This document shows positions 49,607 to 58,543 of a DNA stretch of 64,000 nt, one piece after another. Every line of letters begins with the position of its first letter. The first letter of the stretch is position 1. The stretch lies in sequence record OZ035810.1; one strand, written 5' to 3'. The notes under the pieces were generated by a model. That model saw nothing but the letters and a program-made list of their open reading frames with translations. It was not told where the DNA came from and ran no database searches. The position numbers were made by a program, and so were the translations under genes. Origin of the DNA: Gamaleyavirus AN24P2.

Positions 49607-50659
49607 TTATCCGTGAATGTAGCGAGAGATGTTAGCAGCAGCCTTACGCCATTCAGGGGTAGCCTGAAGTTCTGGTAATGCTCTGCCTACTGTACGGAAG
49701 TACAGAATCTTATGGGTGAACGTTTTAAAACGCTCAATGTACTGAAGAACATCAGCGAAGTTTTCTTCAGTGGTTTTGTTAGCCAGATGGTTAACGGTAG
49801 CCCAACACAGGTTATTATCTTCCGGTAGTGCACAGCCCAGCGGGTCTTTGACTACTTTCTCAATCGTAATCATACGATTATACACCTGTGTAAACTGAAC
49901 AAACTCTGTAGCCTTACCGGCAGTAACGTGGCCTGCATAGTAGATAGAATCTTCATCTGGCAGAGCACCTTCAGGACGGTTCTTGAGGTCTTTGTTAACA
50001 AAGTCCCAGGTACGAGGGCAGCAGAACGTTTTGTTCTTATGGGCTGGGTCGAAGTCATGCAGATAACCAGGGTTAGCATGTAGGAATGCAACCAGACGTT
50101 CATCCCATTCTTGAGGAATCATTACGTCTTCAACAAAGATGTCGAAGTTAAGTTCCATTTCGAAGTGGACAACACGAGACTGCATTGCAGTACCCAGTGG
50201 GTTAACAATTGCACGGTCAGTAGCTTTGTTACCTGCACAGATAATCATCACATTAGGATGAAGTTTTTTCTGACCAGTCATACGGTCTAGAATCAGTTTG
50301 TATGCAGCAGCTATTACTTCTTTGCGAGCAGATGGGAACTCGTCAAGGAATAAGAGCCAGCCATTATACCCTTCTGGTATTTCATCCCCCTCAATAGGGA
50401 ATAAGTCAGCGAATGGGATAAACTCTGCACGGTCACCATTACGGAATGGTAAACCAGATAAGTCTTCCGGGGCAGAAGTAGACAGACGATGGTCTATCAG
50501 CTTCATACCAAATTCTTCTGCAACAGAACGAATAATTGCAGATTTACCCATGCCTGGTGATGAAGTCAGGAACGGTACGTTACCTGCTTGTAGGGCACGA
50601 ATAATAAAGTTACGGGCCTGACGTGTATTACATACGGTCAGTGAGTCAATGCTCGCCAT
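49607..50659 (-). CDS. AAA+ ATPase, MoxR-like
   Basis: 350 aa; Walker A SSPGMGKSA, Walker B LFLDEF. Confidence 0.7.
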   Translation of the reverse strand: MASIDSLTVCNTRQARNFIIRALQAGNVPFLTSSPGMGKSAIIRSVAEEFGMKLIDHRLSTSAPEDLSGLPFRNGDRAEFIPFADLFPIEGDEIPEGYNGWLLFLDEFPSARKEVIAAAYKLILDRMTGQKKLHPNVMIICAGNKATDRAIVNPLGTAMQSRVVHFEMELNFDIFVEDVMIPQEWDERLVAFLHANPGYLHDFDPAHKNKTFCCPRTWDFVNKDLKNRPEGALPDEDSIYYAGHVTAGKATEFVQFTQVYNRMITIEKVVKDPLGCALPEDNNLCWATVNHLANKTTEENFADVLQYIERFKTFTHKILYFRTVGRALPELQATPEWRKAAANISRYIHG

Positions 50660-50693
50660 TTACTTACTCTCCTAAAGTTAATGGAATTATTAA

Positions 50694-51020
50694 TTAAGAT
50701 TTAATACATGGGTATGCTGTATCAATCGCCAACAGAACCATGTCTGATGGTACTTTTACTGCATTAACCTTTCGGTCGTACAGAATAATAGTGGCTACTT
50801 TGTCAAAGACATTTCCCAGCTTCATATTATCTGGTACGCAGTTTTTACCTGCTTCTACACCCATAGTAACCATACCCATGAAGTAACCCTGGTTCACAAA
50901 GTTTGAATTATTAGCTTTGTAGTCAGCAGCAGCTTCCAACAAAGTTGCACGACTGGATGCTTGAGCACCGAATGACAAAACTGATAAAGCTACTAGGACA
51001 ACAGCAATTAAAGTTTTCAT
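50694..51020 (-). CDS. secreted small protein (signal peptide)
   Basis: 108 aa; N-terminus MKTLIAVVLVALSVLSFGAQA is a signal peptide. Confidence 0.5.
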   Translation of the reverse strand: MKTLIAVVLVALSVLSFGAQASSRATLLEAAADYKANNSNFVNQGYFMGMVTMGVEAGKNCVPDNMKLGNVFDKVATIILYDRKVNAVKVPSDMVLLAIDTAYPCIKS

Positions 51021-51205
51021 TTAGTTACCTTTGATTCGTTGAGTTGAAGTACTCCGGTAGGGGTTAATGACCACCCAATACCAGTATTGAATTGCACTAA
51101 GCCCAGTTTTTTAAGAGACTGTGCGGTTTTGTTATTACGGTTGCTGGTGGCAGAACCACCTTGAACCATACGAAGGAAGATTGCTTGGGACTGAGTAAGT
51201 TTCAA
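51017..51205 (-). CDS. hypothetical small protein
   Basis: 62 aa; 4-nt overlaps with both neighbours. Confidence 0.4.
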   Translation of the reverse strand: MKLTQSQAIFLRMVQGGSATSNRNNKTAQSLKKLGLVQFNTGIGWSLTPTGVLQLNESKVTK

Positions 51206-51411
51206 AGATAGTATCCTTCCAGGTTTATTGGAGTTACAAATGTACTTGCTGACAGACAGAAAGACTTGCCAGTCTCTACAGCAACAGCAGCAGGTTTACC
51301 ATCAGGTAAGGTAACTTTTAGGCATACCGTCTGCATATAAATAAAACCATTGGCAGGTTGTACATCGCCAAAAGTTACCTCATTGTTTTCAGAACGATTT
51401 GTTACTTTCAT
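51202..51411 (-). CDS. hypothetical small protein
   Basis: 69 aa; translationally coupled. Confidence 0.4.
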   Translation of the reverse strand: MKVTNRSENNEVTFGDVQPANGFIYMQTVCLKVTLPDGKPAAVAVETGKSFCLSASTFVTPINLEGYYL

Positions 51412-51596
51412 TTCTTCTCCGGTACGAACTGCATTACGCAGTTTTGATTACGAGGGATATTCAATTCACATTCATGCTTGAGGGTTTGCGTTACAGAATT
51501 TGGTGTAGAACCAAAGTAGGTATTAGAAATAGCTACAAATCCTGCACCTATTAAACCACCCAGTAAGAATGAGAAGAATGCAATCTCTTTATACAT
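51408..51596 (-). CDS. small membrane protein
   Basis: 62 aa; hydrophobic segment IAFFSFLLGGLIGAGFVAI. Confidence 0.4.
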   Translation of the reverse strand: MYKEIAFFSFLLGGLIGAGFVAISNTYFGSTPNSVTQTLKHECELNIPRNQNCVMQFVPEKK

Positions 51597-51619
51597 TTCC
51601 TGGTTCCAGAATGTTTAAG

Positions 51620-51653
51620 CCAAAAAAAGACCTCCCTTCAATAGGGAGGTCAA
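51620..51653 (-). terminator. rho-independent terminator
   Basis: gacctccc-ttcaata-gggaggtc hairpin with 7-A run on +. Confidence 0.6.
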
Positions 51654-51700
51654 TAGATATCAAAGGAATGTTATGGGTTTTATCAACCCAAATAAAGCAA

Positions 51701-52015
51701 TCAGGATTGCGTAGCAAGCCAATCCAGATATTCTTCTGGGTCATCGAAGTATTCATTACCATCTTCATAGAACCAGTCAACCCAACGGTCTTCTAGTTCC
51801 ATATCGACTAGGTCTTGGTCAGTGAGGGACTCATCCCACATCTCAATACCGTTAGCATTAGCATAATCGCCTTTGACATTGTTCTCATACTGAAATAGGT
51901 CATAGTCTGCTAATGCATTCTTAATCTTAACAGCTTCCTGAAGACTGTCTGTTTCTACATGAAATGCCTTCATTGGCACTTGAGGAATGTGCCATACACG
52001 CAATTTTTGTGTCAT
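51701..52015 (-). CDS. acidic hypothetical protein
   Basis: ORF 51701..52090 trimmed to ATG at 52015 preceded by AGGAGAG; Asp/Glu-rich. Confidence 0.45.
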   Translation of the reverse strand: MTQKLRVWHIPQVPMKAFHVETDSLQEAVKIKNALADYDLFQYENNVKGDYANANGIEMWDESLTDQDLVDMELEDRWVDWFYEDGNEYFDDPEEYLDWLATQS

Positions 52016-52079
52016 TTTTACTCTCCTATAAATACAAGAAGCCCTCACAAGGAGGGCTTTAACCAAATAAAGACTACTA

Positions 52080-52913
52080 TTATTCTGCAACAGTAATAGC
52101 GATGGTTACATCGACCTTACCATTGGTAACTACTACAGAAGTAGCTTCCCCAGCAGCCACAGGTTTAACTGTTAGTACGTTACCAGCAATTGTAGCTGTA
52201 GCACGGGCAGAATCCGGAGCAGTCTTGATAGACAAAGTACCAGCAGAAGAACCAACAGGCATAGTAGCAATGGTTACAGTCTTACCGGCAGCAGTATCAG
52301 CAGCAACAGACAGAGCCAGTGAATCTGGGGTAGCTACCAGAGAGCTTGCTTCGTAGTAGCCTACAGCCAGCAGTGACTCATCTTCTACCGTGGTTCCATT
52401 AGCATCAGTAACAATCACTTTATAAGTACCAGCAGAAGCAGCTGTTACGTTATTAAGTGTCAATGTTGCAGTAGCAGCAGATGCGTTATCACCAGAATCA
52501 ATATCAGTGAATACTGCACCAGCAGTATCAGCTTTGAATTGCCATTTATAAGTAAATGGAGCTTTACCACCTGCTACATCAACATGCCAGTTAACATCTT
52601 CACCTTCGATAGTGGAGACTAAACGAGGCAGTTTGGTAGCAATAGTCAGTTGTGGAGTAGCTTTCATATCAATAGAGATGGCTTGCATATCCACAATGTT
52701 GTTAGGCCAGAAGCCTGCTTTAGAAGGGTCTTTAGCAGAACGTTTGTACAGCAGATCACGAACCCCATGAAAGATAACTAAGCTATCTGGGTAAGTGGCA
52801 TCTGGATGTACAAAAGTACCTACTTCTACTGAACCACCTGGAATAGAACCACCTGCATCCAGTACAGTTGCAACATTGGTGGTTTTGTTAAAACCTACTT
52901 TTAAAGTTGGCAT
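52080..52913 (-). CDS. Ig-like domain protein (capsid decoration protein candidate)
   Basis: 277 aa; repeated beta-rich Thr/Ala/Val segments (TATLTLNNVTAASAGTYKVIVTD...) typical of Ig-like folds; lies just after RNAPII genes. Confidence 0.5.
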   Translation of the reverse strand: MPTLKVGFNKTTNVATVLDAGGSIPGGSVEVGTFVHPDATYPDSLVIFHGVRDLLYKRSAKDPSKAGFWPNNIVDMQAISIDMKATPQLTIATKLPRLVSTIEGEDVNWHVDVAGGKAPFTYKWQFKADTAGAVFTDIDSGDNASAATATLTLNNVTAASAGTYKVIVTDANGTTVEDESLLAVGYYEASSLVATPDSLALSVAADTAAGKTVTIATMPVGSSAGTLSIKTAPDSARATATIAGNVLTVKPVAAGEATSVVVTNGKVDVTIAITVAE

Positions 52914-52957
52914 ATGAATTTCCTCTTAAGTAAATAGCAGGGTTAGTATACACGATG

Positions 52958-52990
52958 GGTAAAAATAAAAACCCTCCATTAGGAGGGTTA
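52958..52990 (-). terminator. rho-independent terminator
   Basis: aaccctcc-atta-ggagggtt hairpin with A-run on +. Confidence 0.55.
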
Positions 52991-53170
52991 GATAATTACA
53001 TAGTAGATAGCAAAAGCTATCCATCCTGCCATTACAAAGCAGCCAAGTGAGTATGCTCCATAGTAACAGTAAGCAAACTTAGACTTGTGGGCACGAACTA
53101 TCGTAGCCAGAACCAGTACAGATAAAACTATCAGTATTATCTGAGAGATTACTTCAAAAGGGATTAGCAT
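52988..53170 (-). CDS. small membrane protein
   Basis: Internal ATG of ORF 52988..53254 preceded by GGAGGT; two hydrophobic segments. Confidence 0.4.
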   Translation of the reverse strand: MLIPFEVISQIILIVLSVLVLATIVRAHKSKFAYCYYGAYSLGCFVMAGWIAFAIYYVII

Positions 53171-53355
53171 AGTTATTACCTCCAAGCAAAAAATAAAGCC
53201 CCACTCCCGAAGGAATGAGGCTAGTTTATTAATACACTTGCACAGTCCAGCCATTGTAAGAATCTACAAAGACAATCCAGTCATCTTCTGCCCATAGTCT
53301 AGAACAAACTCCTGGGACTTTGAATCTGTATAAACCTTGTCTATAAGCTTCTTTT

Positions 53356-54573
53356 TTAGCTAAGGGCATAATCGGCCTCCAGAATGTCTTGCCAGAGGCT
53401 GTCATCCAGCTTACCAGCAGAGAACTCTTGTCCAAGTACCTGGGACAGGATGAATCCCAGTAGGTCACTCTTCGCAATGTCAGACAGAATCTGATTGTAC
53501 TGACGACGTAGGTCATTACCATAGTTAGGGTGGCAACGGAAGCAGTCATGTACAGTCATTACAGGGAATGGCTTCTTAGGCATAGTGTCAATCATATCTG
53601 CTACTACTTGACGGTCTACCAATGCAATAGTATTCGGGTCAAGGAAGTCTAGGATAGACAGCGACAGGAATCCAGATTTCTCATAATGATTCCAGATTTC
53701 CATAGTTTTCTCTTGGTTCCCTTCAATAACAGGGTATTCACTTGGTCCGATATCGCACAGTTCACGTACATAGGCAACCAGTTTAGGATCGAAGTTACAA
53801 CGACGCAGCATCTCACGTACCACCATTCCATCAATAGAGTGAGTGATGTTAGCAGAAAGCATACGGGTCTTCTCTTCAGTACCCTGAACCATACGAGTGA
53901 TGTCAAATGGCTTACCTAAGAAGTTAACAGTTTGTACTTCTGGAACCATGACCTTAATGACAGCATGGAAGTTGTCAGGTAATACCCATACGTAACGGTT
54001 AGCATCCGGGTTACCACATTGCAGTAAGAACTTGTTCAATGCCCAAGGACCACTAGCAACAGTTTCCATTACATTCTCAAAAGTCTTGAGACGAATACCT
54101 TCACCGAATACTTCTTTAGGCTTGGCTTCTGAACCGTAGAATGCAGTCATAACTGCCTGCTTAGTGTCACTACGTTTAATACGAGATGCTTCACCAAGGA
54201 TGTCCAGCATCTTATGATAGATAACTGTATAAGCATCACGACGTAATGGCTTACCATTCTCTCCCATGTAATTAACTACGTTACACAGTTCAGCAGCAGA
54301 ACGGTCACCAGTCAGGCAAGCCAGTAACTGCAATCCTGACGATGTAGCATCCAGAGCCACGGCATACCCAATAGGCTTACCTGCTTTCATGTCTTTCCAT
54401 GCGTTTAAGCCAGCATAGAACAGTGCAGATTCTTCAGCTTCATCTACCAGATTAAGTAGGTTAGCCTCATTCTCATCGAACCAAGTAATACGTTCATCCC
54501 AGGTCTTTTTATCCAGACCATAGTTATTGGCGATGTCTACTTTCAAGTATTCTTTAGCGGTTAACAGTTGCAT
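53356..54573 (-). CDS. RNA polymerase II large subunit (C-terminal part of a split T7-like RNAP)
   Basis: 405 aa; T7 RNAP motif A-like DATSSGLQLLA and motif C-like VHDCF. Confidence 0.75.
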   Translation of the reverse strand: MQLLTAKEYLKVDIANNYGLDKKTWDERITWFDENEANLLNLVDEAEESALFYAGLNAWKDMKAGKPIGYAVALDATSSGLQLLACLTGDRSAAELCNVVNYMGENGKPLRRDAYTVIYHKMLDILGEASRIKRSDTKQAVMTAFYGSEAKPKEVFGEGIRLKTFENVMETVASGPWALNKFLLQCGNPDANRYVWVLPDNFHAVIKVMVPEVQTVNFLGKPFDITRMVQGTEEKTRMLSANITHSIDGMVVREMLRRCNFDPKLVAYVRELCDIGPSEYPVIEGNQEKTMEIWNHYEKSGFLSLSILDFLDPNTIALVDRQVVADMIDTMPKKPFPVMTVHDCFRCHPNYGNDLRRQYNQILSDIAKSDLLGFILSQVLGQEFSAGKLDDSLWQDILEADYALS

Positions 54574-54630
54574 CTTATGTTCCTTTTGCTTCTTGGCTCC
54601 TCACTATGGAGAGCCTGCTTATTGGATGAA

Positions 54631-54870
54631 TTAGCCAGCATTAAATGATGACAATACTATTCCTGGTTCCACACCTTCGGTGGCAATACCTAGGTACTCG
54701 ATGTGCACTCTCTCAGGAGAGGAACACCAGGCGGAAGACAGATTCCATTCTCCGTCTGGATTAATAAGGCGAGCTTCTTCTTTAGTTTTGGCCGCTACAA
54801 CGGCAGAATCGTATGTATCCCACCCTGTGTTCTCTTCCTGGCTAATAAGCCATAGTTTTAATCTACTCAT
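54631..54870 (-). CDS. hypothetical small protein between the two RNAPII subunit genes
   Basis: 79 aa ORF. Confidence 0.4.
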   Translation of the reverse strand: MSRLKLWLISQEENTGWDTYDSAVVAAKTKEEARLINPDGEWNLSSAWCSSPERVHIEYLGIATEGVEPGIVLSSFNAG

Positions 54871-55681
54871 CGTTTACTAACTCCTTATTAGCGAACTCCA
54901 GTACAGCTTTGTTGTAGCTGGTTCCCTGATAGTTAATGTGATAGCCCTGAGCGTAAGTACGCCCACGTTTGTCATATTTGTGACCTAGTGAGAAGTTATT
55001 ACCTTCTTTGGACACTAACTCCATTACTTCCTTAGCAGTACGGCTGTACTTCTCAAAGGCTTTAACACGTTTCTCATAATCCTGACGGGTTTCGCCCTCT
55101 TTGGGCTTATCCATATTAGGACGGGAGTCTTTTACATAGTTAGCAACGTCCCAGTTAATGCTTAGACGTTGATTATTCATACGGTTGATGTGGTCAAGAC
55201 AGACATCCATCTCATGATGGTTCTTCTTGAGGATGATACTTCCTCTGCTCTCGTAGTAACCTGTATCACGGTTACACAGAACAGGCTTAGGAGCACTTAC
55301 GATAGGTAATGGATATTGGAATGCTTCCAGTTCCATCTGTACATCTTCACTAATCTCATAGATAACACCGAATTTGTCGATGGTAGGGTCATAGTTGAAG
55401 CAGTCATTCTCTGCCATTTTATACAGACAGTCGGCGATGTACTGAGCATCATCTGAGTGGTTCATGAGAGAGCCAATCATAGTCTGAAGGTCAGCACGTT
55501 TATGTAGGGCAATCTGCACCATTGCATCAATGAGCAGCTTATAATCAATTTCCAAATAGGCAGCGAATGCCTTAAAGTCAATTTCTTCGGAGTCCTCAAA
55601 TTCCTTCCTCATACGAGGGAGTAACTGGCATTTATTAAACAGTGTTTCTAAAGTCTTTTGATGCTCAATGGATGCGTACAT
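54863..55681 (-). CDS. RNA polymerase II small subunit (N-terminal part of a split T7-like RNAP)
   Basis: 272 aa; KYDKRGRTYAQGYHINYQG parallels T7 RNAP DWRGRVYAVSMFNPQG region. Confidence 0.7.
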   Translation of the reverse strand: MYASIEHQKTLETLFNKCQLLPRMRKEFEDSEEIDFKAFAAYLEIDYKLLIDAMVQIALHKRADLQTMIGSLMNHSDDAQYIADCLYKMAENDCFNYDPTIDKFGVIYEISEDVQMELEAFQYPLPIVSAPKPVLCNRDTGYYESRGSIILKKNHHEMDVCLDHINRMNNQRLSINWDVANYVKDSRPNMDKPKEGETRQDYEKRVKAFEKYSRTAKEVMELVSKEGNNFSLGHKYDKRGRTYAQGYHINYQGTSYNKAVLEFANKELVNDE

Positions 55682-55704
55682 AGCTTCTTTCCTATATGAG
55701 TTAA

Positions 55705-56181
55705 TTATTTACCGTGATTCGGATGATAGCCGAGAAGATACATAGCTCTTTCTCGTGCTTTACTGGCTTCTTCTATAGTATCGAAGTAGCCTAGGTGTTT
55801 TAGCTTACCGTCTATACTTATTCGTGCACTCCACTTCTGTAACTTTGCATACCACCCGACACCAGTAACACCGGATTTGTTTCTTTTATCTTTGGATTTA
55901 TTCTTCATGTTTCCTGCATGAGTGGTTAAATTAAGATTACTTAGTAGATTGTTGGCTCTGTTCCTGTCGTCATGGTCTATTACCATTCCAGGAGGAACTG
56001 GGCCATTATGCATCTCCCATATGATTACATGGACACGGTATTGCTTTGCTTTATACATGAAGGTGAGATAGCCGGTATGATGCATACTTCCTGCTTCATC
56101 CCCTATTTTTACTCGTACTGCTGGTTTAATCTTCCAGTATATTCTGCCATTGGCATACTCAAAGATTTCATGCCAATTCAT
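55705..56181 (-). mobile_element. free-standing HNH homing endonuclease with AP2 DNA-binding domain
   Basis: 158 aa; HNH motif MVIDHDDRNRANNLLSNLNLTTHAGNMKN; AP2-like segment SGVTGVGWYAKLQKWSARISIDGKLKHLGYFDTIEEASKARERA. Confidence 0.75.
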
Positions 56182-56234
56182 CGCATATTCTCCTAAATGT
56201 GATTAATAACCAAAAGCTGCGGAGCAGCTATTAC

Positions 56235-56510
56235 CTAACGTTTAGTCCAAAAGGTAATACGAATACTGTTCTCTTGACCAAGGTAGTCAATACGTACATA
56301 TAAACCATTACCGCTAAACTCGTTATTTTTCTTCTGGTAAGGCCATACCAGACTACGCATAGGTATTTTAATTAAACCAGATATATGACCTAGTTTAGTA
56401 CGACCCTTTAGTTCGTTTTGTAATGCACAATAGATATCATGCCGTGTAAGTGCCCTGGCTCTGACTTGAGCAGCCCATAGTTCTTCATATGTCATTTGGT
56501 AGTCTCCCAA
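56235..56510 (-). CDS. hypothetical early protein
   Basis: 91 aa ORF. Confidence 0.4.
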   Translation of the reverse strand: MGDYQMTYEELWAAQVRARALTRHDIYCALQNELKGRTKLGHISGLIKIPMRSLVWPYQKKNNEFSGNGLYVRIDYLGQENSIRITFWTKR

Positions 56511-56851
56511 TAGTTGAAGGCATCACCTAAGTGTTTACGCCATGCTTCAGGTAACAATACGTTGCCTGTAACATTAATGAACTGATATGGGTCTAGATAG
56601 TCATTACTCATGACTTTGAAATCCCATTGTGGATTGGCAGATGCATAGGCAATGAAGCCTTCAATGAAGCCATAGATAGCACCCTCTTTGATACGGTTAC
56701 CATTGCCATCTCTTACTGGGATAGCAAAGCTATTACCATAATGACCATAGGCCATACCCCAACGAGCACCGTGCTTCTTATAAGCTAACTTGGCAGCAGC
56801 ATTGGTATGCTGACCTAATGTGTTAGTAGTGAATACTAAGATTTCTTTCAT
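56492..56851 (-). CDS. hypothetical early protein (possible Rossmann-like nucleotide-binding fold)
   Basis: 119 aa; N-terminal ILVFTTNTLGQHTNAAAKLAYKKHGA pattern. Confidence 0.4.
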   Translation of the reverse strand: MKEILVFTTNTLGQHTNAAAKLAYKKHGARWGMAYGHYGNSFAIPVRDGNGNRIKEGAIYGFIEGFIAYASANPQWDFKVMSNDYLDPYQFINVTGNVLLPEAWRKHLGDAFNYWETTK

Positions 56852-57048
56852 TTACACGCCTCTCTATTGTAAGTATAAGCAGCTTGTGGAGTCATATTGT
56901 TATATGTACAAGTCATTTCTAAATAAGTAAGAGCATACTCATGATCACGTTGTTCCTTCTTGGTTCGACAATGACCACATTTACCATCCCATTGGGATAC
57001 ATGACCCTTACCACACTTGCATTGTTTATCCATTTGAATTCTCCACAA
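56848..57048 (-). CDS. Cys-rich zinc-binding small protein
   Basis: 66 aa; CKCGKGH...CGHC. Confidence 0.4.
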   Translation of the reverse strand: MWRIQMDKQCKCGKGHVSQWDGKCGHCRTKKEQRDHEYALTYLEMTCTYNNMTPQAAYTYNREACK

Positions 57049-57406
57049 AATAGTTATACATAGCCTTCACTAGCTTCTCTTTAATAACCTCACCATGACA
57101 TGGTTTTGGATAACAGAAGCATTGTAAGGCTAGTCCTTTTTCATCAATGGCTTTATTACCCAGACGATTCAGTTCATCCAGTACAACTGGATTACCTTTA
57201 TCAATCTGCTCCTGTAACCAGACCTTATACTTAGCAATTACTTGCTCTCTGGTTCCATGTTTACCAATGACGAATGGATTGCCTAATGGTGATCCACGTC
57301 CAATATACTCACCGGATTTACCGTGATGTTTATTAACAATAGTAATAGGACGTGCAGATACACCTAGCAAAGCATTGGTGTCATCACCTAATTGGATAGT
57401 CTTCAT
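57026..57406 (-). CDS. DUF4326-like protein
   Basis: 126 aa; YIGRGSPLGNPF and CFCYPKPCHG motifs as I recall them for DUF4326. Confidence 0.45.
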   Translation of the reverse strand: MKTIQLGDDTNALLGVSARPITIVNKHHGKSGEYIGRGSPLGNPFVIGKHGTREQVIAKYKVWLQEQIDKGNPVVLDELNRLGNKAIDEKGLALQCFCYPKPCHGEVIKEKLVKAMYNYFVENSNG

Positions 57407-57717
57407 GGTTTAAGTACCTGAAATGCGAACACAGGACGTTTACTACGCCACTGGTTCATAGCTAATTCACTAGTTTCAGAACCATCATGTAAGTCATAAA
57501 TAAATGAGATTACATAGTCTGGTTCTTCCGGGAAGTTCTCTGTAGAGAATGGTAAACCTGATTCCTTAAGGATAGGAACCAGAGGAGATTCAGCATTACA
57601 GTAGAGAGTAAACTCTTCATTGAATGCCTGGCTTGTTTGAGATACATAATCAATATTACGCATCATCTTATCTACATCAGTAAATGTAGAATCATGAACT
57701 ACTAGAATAGTTTTCAT
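57403..57717 (-). CDS. hypothetical early protein
   Basis: 104 aa ORF, 4-nt overlap with neighbour. Confidence 0.4.
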   Translation of the reverse strand: MKTILVVHDSTFTDVDKMMRNIDYVSQTSQAFNEEFTLYCNAESPLVPILKESGLPFSTENFPEEPDYVISFIYDLHDGSETSELAMNQWRSKRPVFAFQVLKP

Positions 57718-57968
57718 ACCTTTCTCAATGTCCCATAAATGTTATTATCGACAATACTCAAATCACAGAAACCAATCTCTTCTTGTCTCCCAGAGGATAC
57801 CCAGATATTGTTTTCTGTTAGCTTAGGTTTCTTAGAGAATCCTATTAATGAGGTATTAGCACTCTTATACTGTCGAGTATATAGAGCTATATACTTAACC
57901 CAGTGAGGTACTTGGATAGTATGTCCCATATATTCCACATTCTTGCCTGTAGGATATGTAATAATCAT
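57714..57968 (-). CDS. hypothetical early protein
   Basis: 84 aa ORF. Confidence 0.4.
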   Translation of the reverse strand: MIITYPTGKNVEYMGHTIQVPHWVKYIALYTRQYKSANTSLIGFSKKPKLTENNIWVSSGRQEEIGFCDLSIVDNNIYGTLRKV

Positions 57969-58325
57969 TTAGTACCTCACAACATATACAGGTTTATTAA
58001 GTTTATTCATGATATCAATCATGTGCTTGGTTCCTTTGGAATTGCCATCCCAGAAGCATACAGCAGCATCTGCAAATTCACCCATTTCCTGGTTACGTCT
58101 AAAACCAGCAGATTTTCCATATTTATCCCAGTTTGCTGGGAAATTATGAATAGGCATTTTGTTATTAGCCCATAGACTATATGCAAGCATATCTGCTCCA
58201 CGAGCCATACCACATACAAGTTCAGGTGAATCGGTTATTTCACCGGATTCTACTAACTTTTGTAATTCAGCAATCATACGATTGGTGTCAGTGAAATCAC
58301 GTCCACCAGCTATAATTAGTTTCAT
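57969..58325 (-). CDS. SLOG/DprA-like Rossmann-fold nucleotide-binding protein
   Basis: 118 aa; IIAGGRDF, CGMARGADMLAYSLWA and WDGNSKGT motifs. Confidence 0.5.
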   Translation of the reverse strand: MKLIIAGGRDFTDTNRMIAELQKLVESGEITDSPELVCGMARGADMLAYSLWANNKMPIHNFPANWDKYGKSAGFRRNQEMGEFADAAVCFWDGNSKGTKHMIDIMNKLNKPVYVVRY

Positions 58326-58543
58326 TTCTGATACCCCTGTATATAGTTAATACGGCGAATACGTTGAGTAGATGCCTTAACAGCCATCTGTTGATTTTCT
58401 TCTTTATACTGATTAGTCAGTATCTTATCCCATTCTTTCTGATTCCTTTGTTTCTGTAATATACGACTACACTTCTTATGATTAGCAATTCCCCTTCCTT
58501 TATTGCAAATTGGGCAAATACCATAATTAGTGCTGTACATCAT
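58322..58543 (-). CDS. zinc-ribbon small protein
   Basis: 73 aa; CPICNKGRGIANHKKC. Confidence 0.4.
   Translation of the reverse strand: MMYSTNYGICPICNKGRGIANHKKCSRILQKQRNQKEWDKILTNQYKEENQQMAVKASTQRIRRINYIQGYQK

Noticed and set aside
53229-53549. 106-aa ORF overlapping the 3' end of the RNAPII large-subunit gene
   Set aside because: The long form overlaps the polymerase gene by about 190 nt in another frame; only the short internal-ATG version (about 46 aa) might be real, and that is too uncertain to call.
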